Below, one piece after another: positions 17,981 through 25,713 of a stretch of DNA of 63,197 nt (position 1 is its first letter; each line of letters begins with the position of its first letter). Source of the stretch: an uncultured Candidatus Peribacteria bacterium (GTDB lineage Bacteria; Patescibacteriota; Gracilibacteria; Peribacterales; Peribacteraceae); NCBI GenBank assembly GCA_964558895.1, contig CAZLFU010000001.1, positions 1 through 63,197 of the forward strand. The letters are read 5' to 3'. The notes under the pieces were generated by a model, which did not search any database, was not told the DNA's origin, and saw only the letters and a program-made list of their open reading frames with translations. The position numbers were made by a program, and so were the translations under genes.

Positions 17981-18406
17981 ATGATCAAGATGGAAACTCG
18001 TCGCAGAATAGGCAGACAAAGTGGTCGCCCTTCCAGTGCTACACCAGAAAAATTAGCAGTACTTATCGCTGCTATAGAGCATGGCTTTAGTTTAATTGAA
18101 TCGCTCCAACAAGCTGCATTATCGGATGATGCCTATCGGCGACTGATTAAAAAAAGCCCCAAGTTCCGTCAGGAAATTACAGCTGCCAAGATGAAATTAG
18201 TAATGCTTGCTCGTTCTAGTGTTGCCCGTTCAATCAATGAAGGGGATATGGCTACCGTTCGTTGGTATCTTGAACGGAAATGCCCAGAGGAATTCAGTAT
18301 GAGAGTTGTTAAAGATAAATCAGACAATCCACTGCCAGAAGGCACGGTGATTGTGCTGCCTGGTAGTCACCCTCATCCGCGAATTATCCCCGAAGAAAAG
18401 GATTAG
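17981..18406 (+). CDS. HTH DNA-binding protein (small-terminase-like / regulator)
   Basis: N-terminal basic HTH-like region. 'ATVRWYLERKCPEEF' resembles the C-terminal motif of phage small terminase/HTH proteins. Assignment is tentative. Confidence 0.4.
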   Translation: MIKMETRRRIGRQSGRPSSATPEKLAVLIAAIEHGFSLIESLQQAALSDDAYRRLIKKSPKFRQEITAAKMKLVMLARSSVARSINEGDMATVRWYLERKCPEEFSMRVVKDKSDNPLPEGTVIVLPGSHPHPRIIPEEKD

Positions 18407-18442
18407 ATCTAAATTCTCGCTATGTCCAACACAGCCGGAATG

Positions 18443-20236
18443 CTACTTCCAATGCTTACCAAACAATGGATGTTTGGGTGTAAGGACTATTACTGCCTCA
18501 TCTTCGATTTTACCTCCTGTGAGCTGTTCGGCTCCTGTGCCAAAATCCAAATCCTTAATTGTTCCCTCTTGATTCAAAGTAACTATGTATTGGAATTTTA
18601 AACCTTCACCTTCTTTTTTCATTAAAAAATTATAAAGGTGAACGAAATGTGCCTTATCAATCCCATCAAAAATTCCATCGTGAATTAAAAAGCGAGGACA
18701 ATGTATATTTTTTTCAATTGCATGGAATAAGACTGCAAGATCATAAATCAATGTGCGCCCCTTATTCTTACCGTATGAAAGATTTGATGGAATTATTACA
18801 TCCATATTAACCTTGGAATCCTTGTTCTTATTTGCAGAAAATACAAAATTTGCCTCATCTTTATTCTCTGCATAAATAGCATCGTGAACAAAGAAAAATA
18901 TCCTTCTAAAATCTTTTAACTGTTCTTTTATCTCAATACAAAATTGTTCGATCTCTGCATAGAGTGTAATGCTCGCTTTCTCCCTCTCTGTTACTTCTCT
19001 GCTTAAATCCTGATAAGTTTTTAGCTTTCCTTCAAGATCACTCAACCTCTCTCTTTTTTTACTTAAATCTAAATATGCTTCTGACAAATCCTTAATAGCC
19101 TCTTTGGCAGAGAGAAATTCGAAGAGTTGAGCACGTTTCTTTTCAAGCTCGGAAATCCGTTTTTCTTTTGTAGAAATTGTCGCTGTTAATTCAGTAACTT
19201 CTGATTCTAAAAATTCTTTCCTTGATTGTGCGATCTTCTTTCTGAATTTAATCGCCTCTTCCAAAGTTTTCTTGATATTATTTGCTAGCAGCTCATTCAA
19301 TTCCTTATACAGATTCTTTATCTTTGTGGGACGTATATCCTCATCGTCATAAGAAAAGCTTTCCTGATAGGCTTCAATTTGTTTGCGATCAGTAAAATTC
19401 TGATGCCAAAGCTCCTTAATCTCTTCGGTTAATTTATTCGATTGTGCTTCTACATCGGCATACTGACTAGCTAATTCAAACTTCCGTATGTGCTGCTCAA
19501 AGACAGAGATATTAGCTTGTAATTTATCCAGTTCACTTTCAGCCTGTCCGATGTCTTTCAAGTTATAAGTATCCTCCACGAGAGATTTAACTTCTCTTAA
19601 TGCCGGTTTCTTTGCTTTTATTTCCGAAATGATTTCGTAATTTTTCTGAAACAACCTATTGCTGATTCCCAGCAAAAATAAATGCAATGGTATTAGTTCA
19701 ATTTCTTTCGCTCTATCATGCAAATAGTTGATCGGATCTTTAAAGTTAGTTTTCGTATTAGACGATTGCGCTTTAATAAAAAAAGGCATTAATTTCCTAA
19801 ACCACGTATTTGAATATTTCCCTTCATAAGTCTCATTCTTAAAAATCAGATCACAAAGAATTTTGCTCAATTCATGATCGGTAGAAGTATGCCTGTATTC
19901 ATTTAGAGTTCCCGTCTTTTTGCCAAACATGATTTCTTTATTTGGATTCTGGAAACCTCTTTTTATAACATAAAGATCGTCCCCAACATAAAACTCAAGA
20001 ACAATCTTGTATTCTTCCAAATCATTATTCGCCTTTGCAGATTTAATATGACTAGTCTCACCAGACAGAAGGCAATAATCAATTAGGTTTAATAGCAAAG
20101 ATTTTCCTAAACCATTCAATGACTTCCTGCTGTCTCCATCTTCACCCTTTTTTGCATATACGAAATTGAATCCAGGCTTGAATTCAACGGCTTCAAATAA
20201 ACCTGCCGGCTCTGAATATAATTTATGCAGGAACAT
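18443..20236 (-). CDS. SMC-like ABC ATPase with long coiled coil (DUF2326 / ABC-three-component-system type, tentative)
   Basis: Walker A 'LNGLGKSLLLNLI'; ~250-aa coiled-coil-like Lys/Glu-rich middle; C-terminal 'RFLIHDGIFDGID' (Walker B/D-loop-like). Confidence 0.55.
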   Translation of the reverse strand: MFLHKLYSEPAGLFEAVEFKPGFNFVYAKKGEDGDSRKSLNGLGKSLLLNLIDYCLLSGETSHIKSAKANNDLEEYKIVLEFYVGDDLYVIKRGFQNPNKEIMFGKKTGTLNEYRHTSTDHELSKILCDLIFKNETYEGKYSNTWFRKLMPFFIKAQSSNTKTNFKDPINYLHDRAKEIELIPLHLFLLGISNRLFQKNYEIISEIKAKKPALREVKSLVEDTYNLKDIGQAESELDKLQANISVFEQHIRKFELASQYADVEAQSNKLTEEIKELWHQNFTDRKQIEAYQESFSYDDEDIRPTKIKNLYKELNELLANNIKKTLEEAIKFRKKIAQSRKEFLESEVTELTATISTKEKRISELEKKRAQLFEFLSAKEAIKDLSEAYLDLSKKRERLSDLEGKLKTYQDLSREVTEREKASITLYAEIEQFCIEIKEQLKDFRRIFFFVHDAIYAENKDEANFVFSANKNKDSKVNMDVIIPSNLSYGKNKGRTLIYDLAVLFHAIEKNIHCPRFLIHDGIFDGIDKAHFVHLYNFLMKKEGEGLKFQYIVTLNQEGTIKDLDFGTGAEQLTGGKIEDEAVIVLTPKHPLFGKHWK

Positions 20237-20465
20237 TTGTTTGCTTTAGAAAGATTTTATAATCATTGATTTCTATCAGATCTGCCGACCAAAGAAAGGT
20301 AAGCAAATCAAAATATCTTTTGATATTTAATTTTTTATTCCTCTCACTCAATTCCTGAAAAAGACTTTCAATATCATGCACCCTTTGTTTCAGCGCAGCA
20401 ATTGCCCACCCTCCCATTACAAGAAGATTGTCGTTAATATTCTCATATTTGGTTGGATAAAGCAT
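20223..20465 (-). CDS. Small helical protein, candidate ABC-3C 'middle component'
   Basis: 80 aa. Overlaps the ATPase gene by 14 nt and lies 2 nt after the upstream gene. The position matches the 3-gene architecture. Confidence 0.4.
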   Translation of the reverse strand: MLYPTKYENINDNLLVMGGWAIAALKQRVHDIESLFQELSERNKKLNIKRYFDLLTFLWSADLIEINDYKIFLKQTNVPA

Positions 20466-20467
20466 AG

Positions 20468-21061
20468 TTAGAAAAGTTGAGGATTTTGAGAATTTGCTCT
20501 TTCCGTTTCAGTTGCAGTCTTCTTGCCTATGTCACACTTCTCAAACACCAACAAGATGATCGCAATGCAAATATACAGAGCCTTTGAATTACCTCGATGA
20601 GTTTCTGGGAGATAATGTTTTGCCAAATCAACGATATGGTTTGCATCTTCCATTTTGTGATCACAACTTTCACTGTTGCAAAGAGATCTATATTCCCTTT
20701 GGACATCGAATACGAATCCAGTGACCACTTCTGGTTCTTTATCTCCTAATAAAACTTCGATTTCATTTTTATGTATCCATACCTTGCGAAACATAAGCTT
20801 AACATCCGTGGCTGCATTCGCAGTAAAATTTAATTCGATCTTCTCTTTTAAATCTCGCAGATAATCCGTGCCTGTCTGCATTGTTGAATCTTCAGGCGTA
20901 ACAGTTTGATTGGCAAAAATATGTTCCAGTATTTCAACGACTAATATTCTATCCGCTTCCTCTGTCTTTGCTTCCTCTGAATAATTCAAATTAACAGTGC
21001 TTCCACCATCTGCTTGAACTTGTATGGATTTGTTGCCGGCAGATTGATTCTGATCACTCAT
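20468..21061 (-). CDS. Candidate effector component of the ABC-3C-like operon (197 aa, no recognised domain)
   Basis: Operon position. The N-terminal 'QNQSAGNKSIQVQA' motif is shared with the upstream small TM protein. Confidence 0.35.
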   Translation of the reverse strand: MSDQNQSAGNKSIQVQADGGSTVNLNYSEEAKTEEADRILVVEILEHIFANQTVTPEDSTMQTGTDYLRDLKEKIELNFTANAATDVKLMFRKVWIHKNEIEVLLGDKEPEVVTGFVFDVQREYRSLCNSESCDHKMEDANHIVDLAKHYLPETHRGNSKALYICIAIILLVFEKCDIGKKTATETERANSQNPQLF

Positions 21062-21261
21062 GAATTTCCTCCGAGATGGATTTTTGAGTCATTTTGAGCT
21101 TGATACTGCTTCGATCCATTTCCTGCTGATTGATTCTGCGTATGATGAATCTTTGTAATATTTTTATTAGTCACAAAAAACCCAATAACAGCCACGAGTG
21201 TCGTGACTAACAGGGAGATTAATTCAGTAAGTGCGGGGTTGGCGTTTAGGTATTCAAGCAT
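21058..21261 (-). CDS. Small single-pass membrane protein (67 aa)
   Basis: TM helix 'LISLLVTTLVAVIGFFV'. ATGA overlap with the next gene. First gene of the 4-gene operon. Confidence 0.45.
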   Translation of the reverse strand: MLEYLNANPALTELISLLVTTLVAVIGFFVTNKNITKIHHTQNQSAGNGSKQYQAQNDSKIHLGGNS

Positions 21262-21471
21262 GGGCGCGAGTTTACCCTTTTTATATCCGCAGTTGTACTA
21301 GAAATTTGCTACCCCTTGCAGAATATCGCCACTGCACAAGTAACCAATGCCTTGGGAGGCTTTTGGATATACCCCAGACGCATCTTTGCTTCTTGAATGA
21401 CAAAGGGTGCATCGCGAAGATTCGGATACACCACAGGTCGTTTATGCAGACCGAAGCCCTGACAAATAATG

Positions 21472-21741
21472 CTACTTATTTGCCAGTATCCATTGTTGGG
21501 CTTTGTTCGCCCACGTTAGCGGCAGTTTCACTTTTGCCAGTTCTGCGCCGTTCCCAATGATCTTCAACATGCCTTTGCCCCATCCTAAACCGTCTACGGA
21601 TACTGTCGTAACATCTTTCAATGGCACACGAAAATTGTGGCTGTATACATCCTTAAATTCCAAGAAGCCGTTTTCGATGATCAATGTCTTGCCGCCGAGT
21701 AAGCCGCCAACGCGGTACTTTTTCTTTTCACTGTTTGCCAT
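21472..21741 (-). CDS. Bacterial PH-domain-like small protein (89 aa)
   Basis: 'KTLIIENGFLEFKD...VPLKDVTTVSVDG...GMLKIIGNGAELAKVKL' resembles the bPH/YokE-like beta-sandwich + helix pattern. Tentative. Confidence 0.4.
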   Translation of the reverse strand: MANSEKKKYRVGGLLGGKTLIIENGFLEFKDVYSHNFRVPLKDVTTVSVDGLGWGKGMLKIIGNGAELAKVKLPLTWANKAQQWILANK

Positions 21742-21782
21742 GGAAAGAGGGGGGAAGAGGCAGAACAGGTGGTATCGCCAAA

Positions 21783-21912
21783 GCGGGTATCCGACCTGGT
21801 AGCCTCAACATCGTTGCCCCGAAGAGCTAGACAGTGAGCAGGTGGATACCCGCTACGACCGTCTAGGAGCGCATAAATGCGCCCACGGAGCTTAAATAAC
21901 GATGGAGGCTAC
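21783..21912 (-). ncRNA. Candidate structured RNA or DNA element with crossing (pseudoknot-type) helices
   Basis: Helix gcgggtatcc (21783-92) / ggatacccgc (21844-53). Helix gtagcctc..atcgtt (21799-815) / aacgat.gaggctac (21898-912). Helix ctagac (21827-32) / gtctag (21861-66). C(UUCG)G-type hairpin on the minus strand (21816-27). G-U pairs favour the minus strand. Confidence 0.3.
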
Positions 21913-22049
21913 GGATGCATTATATGTTTTTACGGGTAAAAGTACACAAATGAGGTTTTTCAGTGCTTGGAATCCGCGAAATAGAAATAAGGATTAAGGT
22001 TTTAAATAAGCCAAATCTTTCAAAAATTGCATGAAATACCGCGGATAAA

Positions 22050-22817
22050 ATGCGGCATTTAAGGCGGCGATCTTTTGAAGAGAAAATGTATAATTACCGT
22101 GCTTTCCACTCAACATTGATCACAAAAGACTCCATTGGCGAATTGCGTGAGATTCATAAAAGACTCATGGCTATCGCCAAGCCTGGCATGGAAATTTATG
22201 CGGTCCTTGCCAATGACTTTGTTCCTTTCCTTGAATCGCATTCTTTCTTAAAGGAGGAATTTCAAAGGCGAGCGGAATATGAACAAGACCCCAATGAATT
22301 CATGGCTTATGATCTTTTTGAGAAGACGCCATCATTCAGATTTGTATCTGAATTATTGAAAGATTCCGATCACCGGCTTTCCAATCTGATTGATAGAGAA
22401 GAATTTTTTAGGGCTCAACAATTCATTTCTGATGTGTGCCTTGAATTGATTTCGTTCGCTGCCACAGCTTCGAAAAAAGCAGTACCCATTGAAAAGAATA
22501 AACGTGGCAAGGGAAGACCAAAGGAGTCCCAGTTCAAGAACGGCAACATTTACACCGCTATGGCAACTGTAAAAATCCGAAGTAATCCTCCCGTGACTCG
22601 CCTGTGCGAGAAAATGTTTGGAGTACCGATCGGCAAAACGATTCATTGGATTGATTTGTATGCACACGTGTACGAAGAGACTGAATCACCGCGCGATGGC
22701 TGGAGAAAGCTCGTTGCGATTATTCAGCGAATCAATGAAAACATGACCAACAGCGGCGAGGAGCCGATATTTAAGTTTGAAGGAGTAGAAAGCGGGAAAA
22801 TCACTAGGCTCTACTGA
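22050..22817 (+). CDS. Hypothetical protein (255 aa), basic C-terminal half possibly DNA-binding
   Basis: ORF with 'KNKRGKGRPKES' basic patch; no family recognised. Confidence 0.45.
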   Translation: MRHLRRRSFEEKMYNYRAFHSTLITKDSIGELREIHKRLMAIAKPGMEIYAVLANDFVPFLESHSFLKEEFQRRAEYEQDPNEFMAYDLFEKTPSFRFVSELLKDSDHRLSNLIDREEFFRAQQFISDVCLELISFAATASKKAVPIEKNKRGKGRPKESQFKNGNIYTAMATVKIRSNPPVTRLCEKMFGVPIGKTIHWIDLYAHVYEETESPRDGWRKLVAIIQRINENMTNSGEEPIFKFEGVESGKITRLY

Positions 22818-22884
22818 AATTTGCCGTGACCGTTGCCGTGACTCCCGTGACTAGGCGTGATTTTCGTTGCCTACGATCGCGGCG

Positions 22885-23493
22885 ATGGAAAGCCTGGTCG
22901 CCGTCGGCAATGCGTTGAATCTCTATCTTCGAGAAGTCGAAGCGCAGCGTGCATTGTGTGAAAAGTATTTGCCGACTGCTGCTATTCACAGCAAAGGACA
23001 GGAGTTACAGATATATCGTCAGTTTGATCGTCGTGAAGAAACCGCAGCATCCATCCGTAAATTTGGAGACTTACTGCCCAGTTGGGATACGACACTCGAA
23101 TGGGCAACGCAGAAGAATCATTTGATCAAAGTGCAAAAATCCATAGAAAGGAGAATGGAGAAGCATTCAAGACAGCATCCGATCTACACACGCGGTGTTG
23201 AGTGGGAACATCGTCCAGTTCTGATACATGCTTACAAATTTGAACCTGACCCGATATTAAAATTGGAGATTGTACTGCCTGTGGTAAAACGACACATCGA
23301 AGAATTGTCAGTGCATGTTCTTTGCTGTGCTCTGCGATGTCACGAGTACCTTGTTCCTGAATTCGTTGCACCGGCAAAGCCACCGTATGAAAGACATGAA
23401 ACAGAATTTTTAACACTCACAGAATACTTGTCGCAAACGATGCCGAAAGGGCTGCATGTGACAGAGGCAATTTCTTTCATCAAACCAAAATGA
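22885..23493 (+). CDS. Hypothetical protein (~202 aa)
   Basis: ORF; first ATG at 22885 (track start 22867 is TTG); followed by a hairpin. Confidence 0.4.
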   Translation: MESLVAVGNALNLYLREVEAQRALCEKYLPTAAIHSKGQELQIYRQFDRREETAASIRKFGDLLPSWDTTLEWATQKNHLIKVQKSIERRMEKHSRQHPIYTRGVEWEHRPVLIHAYKFEPDPILKLEIVLPVVKRHIEELSVHVLCCALRCHEYLVPEFVAPAKPPYERHETEFLTLTEYLSQTMPKGLHVTEAISFIKPK

Positions 23494-23522
23494 AAATAGA
23501 TACAAGTTAAACGTGCGTAGTG

Positions 23523-23582
23523 GGGATGCCCTGCACTCTTTCACGAGTGGAAAGCCAGGGCATCCCTTCTGTGCATTTTTTA
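23523..23582 (+). terminator. Probable terminator hairpin
   Basis: gggatgccctg (23523-33) / cagggcatccc (23556-66), an 11-bp stem followed by a T-rich tract. The loop is long (22 nt). Confidence 0.4.
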
Positions 23583-23601
23583 TTTTTATCCCCCATTTGT
23601 T

Positions 23602-23910
23602 ATGACAATTGACGCATTAGAATTATCGAATGACTCAACAATAAAAGAAGTTTTTGCATCCGATAAAGACTTTCAAAAGGCAGTATCAGAATTAACCAGC
23701 GCAGTCGCCGATGTTGATTTTGGTCATGTCTGCACATCTGTTTTGGGTGATGGTATCGCGATTGTCTTTATCGAGAGATGTATGCTTCAAGATTTAAAGA
23801 AATACGTTGATCAAACTGAAGACGGAAAAGAAACGCTCAAAGCCATGATCAATTATATGGAGACGAATTATGCCGAGGAGTCCCTTATTTTCAGAGTGAT
23901 AGAAGGCTGA
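23602..23910 (+). CDS. Hypothetical acidic protein (102 aa) directly upstream of the recombinase
   Basis: ORF only. The position is compatible with a recombination directionality factor or regulator (inference). Confidence 0.4.
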   Translation: MTIDALELSNDSTIKEVFASDKDFQKAVSELTSAVADVDFGHVCTSVLGDGIAIVFIERCMLQDLKKYVDQTEDGKETLKAMINYMETNYAEESLIFRVIEG

Positions 23911-23969
23911 ATTGGCTTACAAAAGCCAAGATAGACGATATAAGAATCCTATTTTTCCACCAATATTCT

Positions 23970-25502
23970 ATGAAACATGTCCAATCCTTCACCATTGGCT
24001 ACATCCGAAAGTCCACGGACACCGAGGACAAACAAGTGCGTTCATTGGAAGACCAGGAAAAACTCGTGCGGGAACAATATGAAAGTATGCCGCCAGAAGA
24101 AAAATTATTTCCGCTGAAAATAATGCTGGAATCAAGAAGTGCCTACCATCCTGGTAGACCGGTGTTTAATGAGATAATAGAAATGGCGGATAGAAAACAG
24201 GTTCATCGCATTATGGTTCTTGATCCAACACGACTTTCCCGCAATATGGAAGATGCTGGAAAGCTCATACAGAAATTAGCCGACGGTAAAATCCAAGACA
24301 TTCTTACCGCCAGCGGAAAGACTTATTGTCGAAGCGATACAGGGCAACTCCTGATGCTCATGCTTGAAACGACAATGGGCTGGAAAGATAGTGCCGACAA
24401 AGGAGCGCGAGTAAAAATTGGCATGAGGCAGAAAGCAAAAGAAGGCGGTTCAACCGGTCCTGCGCCCATTGGTTACAGGAACGTTGGAATGACCAAAGGG
24501 AAGAAATGGCTAGAAATTGACCCCGACACAGGACCCAAAGTGAAGAGTTTGTTTCTTCTGGCATCCACTTCTGCCTATTCATTGTCTGCTCTTTGTGTAG
24601 AAGCAAAGAAAATCGGTTTACGGACAAAGCCCACAAGGAAGCACATACATGGATTGCCAATCAAGCAAAGCACCATGCATCAAGTACTTCGGAATCCAAC
24701 CTATAAGGCGCTTAAAGTGTATCAAGGTGAAAGGTGTCAGGCATCTCATGCCCCCTTGGTGGAAACCGAAGTATGGGAGCGTGTGCAGATTATTCTTTCG
24801 GGACGCAGAACCAACACATGCAGATCGAAAGATGAATTGAAGCGCGAATTGTTCCTCCTTGCGGGATGCACTCGCTGCGGCAAGTGTAAGACTCACACGA
24901 TGAGTCCCGAAGGACCCAAGAAGGGGAAGTACATTTACTATTCCTGCAAGAATCGTAATTCACATTGCCGGAACTCCATTGAGCAGACCGTTCTCATGGA
25001 TCAGTTCCATGAAAAGCTCTCTCTATTGCAGGTGGAAGATGAGGATATGCCTTTCATGCGAGAGACGATGAAGAAAGACCATGAGCTGTATTACAACAAC
25101 TTCCAGGGTAAGCGCGAAGCCCTGGAGCGTGAGTATGCGCAGAACGAAAAGGACATTGGTGATATTTTCGCCCAGAGAGAGGATGCCCGTAAAATGGGCG
25201 TCCTCGATACGATAGATGCCAAACTGGTTACTCTGAAAGCAAAGAAAGAAGAGATACAGAACGCCTTAAATGAACTGCATGACACCAGCAATGACTGGAT
25301 TAATCATGTTTTGAGATGCTTCGAACTCGTGAAATTGGCTCAAGAAGCCATAAAGTATGGGTCTCCCGTTACCAGGAGCGCAATCATCAAATCGCTCGGC
25401 TCGAACTTCTATGTATGTGACGGGAAGCTAGTCTGTGATTGGGTTTCTCCCTTCCGACAGAAGGCAGAAAGTGAGGGTCGTACAATATGGCTCCCCCGGT
25501 AG
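23970..25502 (+). CDS. Large serine recombinase (integrase)
   Basis: 'IGYIRKSTDTEDKQVRSLEDQ' catalytic Ser region; 'RIMVLDPTRLSRN'; recombinase domain; Zn-ribbon 'CTRCGKC...YYSCKNRNSHC'; coiled-coil region. The last 15 nt overlap tRNA-Asn. Confidence 0.9.
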   Translation: MKHVQSFTIGYIRKSTDTEDKQVRSLEDQEKLVREQYESMPPEEKLFPLKIMLESRSAYHPGRPVFNEIIEMADRKQVHRIMVLDPTRLSRNMEDAGKLIQKLADGKIQDILTASGKTYCRSDTGQLLMLMLETTMGWKDSADKGARVKIGMRQKAKEGGSTGPAPIGYRNVGMTKGKKWLEIDPDTGPKVKSLFLLASTSAYSLSALCVEAKKIGLRTKPTRKHIHGLPIKQSTMHQVLRNPTYKALKVYQGERCQASHAPLVETEVWERVQIILSGRRTNTCRSKDELKRELFLLAGCTRCGKCKTHTMSPEGPKKGKYIYYSCKNRNSHCRNSIEQTVLMDQFHEKLSLLQVEDEDMPFMRETMKKDHELYYNNFQGKREALEREYAQNEKDIGDIFAQREDARKMGVLDTIDAKLVTLKAKKEEIQNALNELHDTSNDWINHVLRCFELVKLAQEAIKYGSPVTRSAIIKSLGSNFYVCDGKLVCDWVSPFRQKAESEGRTIWLPR

Positions 25503-25562
25503 GATTCGAACCTACGACCCAGCGGTTAACAGCCGCTTGCTCTACCACTGAGCTACAGGGGA
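25488..25562 (-). tRNA. tRNA-Asn (anticodon GTT), CCA encoded
   Basis: The reverse complement folds as a cloverleaf: acceptor TCCCCTG/CGGGGGA, D arm GCTC-AGTGGTA-GAGC, anticodon loop CTGTTAA, T arm GTAGG-TTCGAAT-CCTAC, then G-CCA. Length 75 nt. Confidence 0.9.
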
Positions 25563-25713
25563 ACGATGTACCGTATCAAAGAACGCGTCACGTATTATAC
25601 GGAAGAGGCTGGTTTTCAATAGAAAAATACGAGAAAAGTTCGCGTAGCGCTCTTCTAGAGAGATTTTCACTCGAAAACTACTATATTACAAGTTTTTTAC
25701 CGATAATTAGCGC

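Larger units (their letters stand above)
7652..25494. mobile_element. Composite integrated island at tRNA-Asn: three segments, each starting with a copy of the same att-like module
   Basis: Modules at 7652, 8327 and 14873 all start with (A/T)TTGGCTCC. The same TGGCTCC forms the tRNA-Asn 3' end at 25488-25494. A large serine recombinase abuts the tRNA. The region looks AT-richer than the flanks by eye. Confidence 0.6.

Noticed and set aside
21783-21912. The structured element as a retron msr/msd, tRNA-like, SRP or tmRNA-type RNA
   Set aside because: No reverse transcriptase (no YxDD-containing ORF) is adjacent. No T-loop/acceptor features and no SRP domain IV motif (GGAA/AGCA loops) are present. 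It is left as unclassified.
23521-23530. TGGGGATGCC resembling the tmRNA 5' motif
   Set aside because: It is part of an ordinary terminator-like hairpin after gene 22885..23493, with no tRNA-like 3' partner. The resemblance is coincidental.
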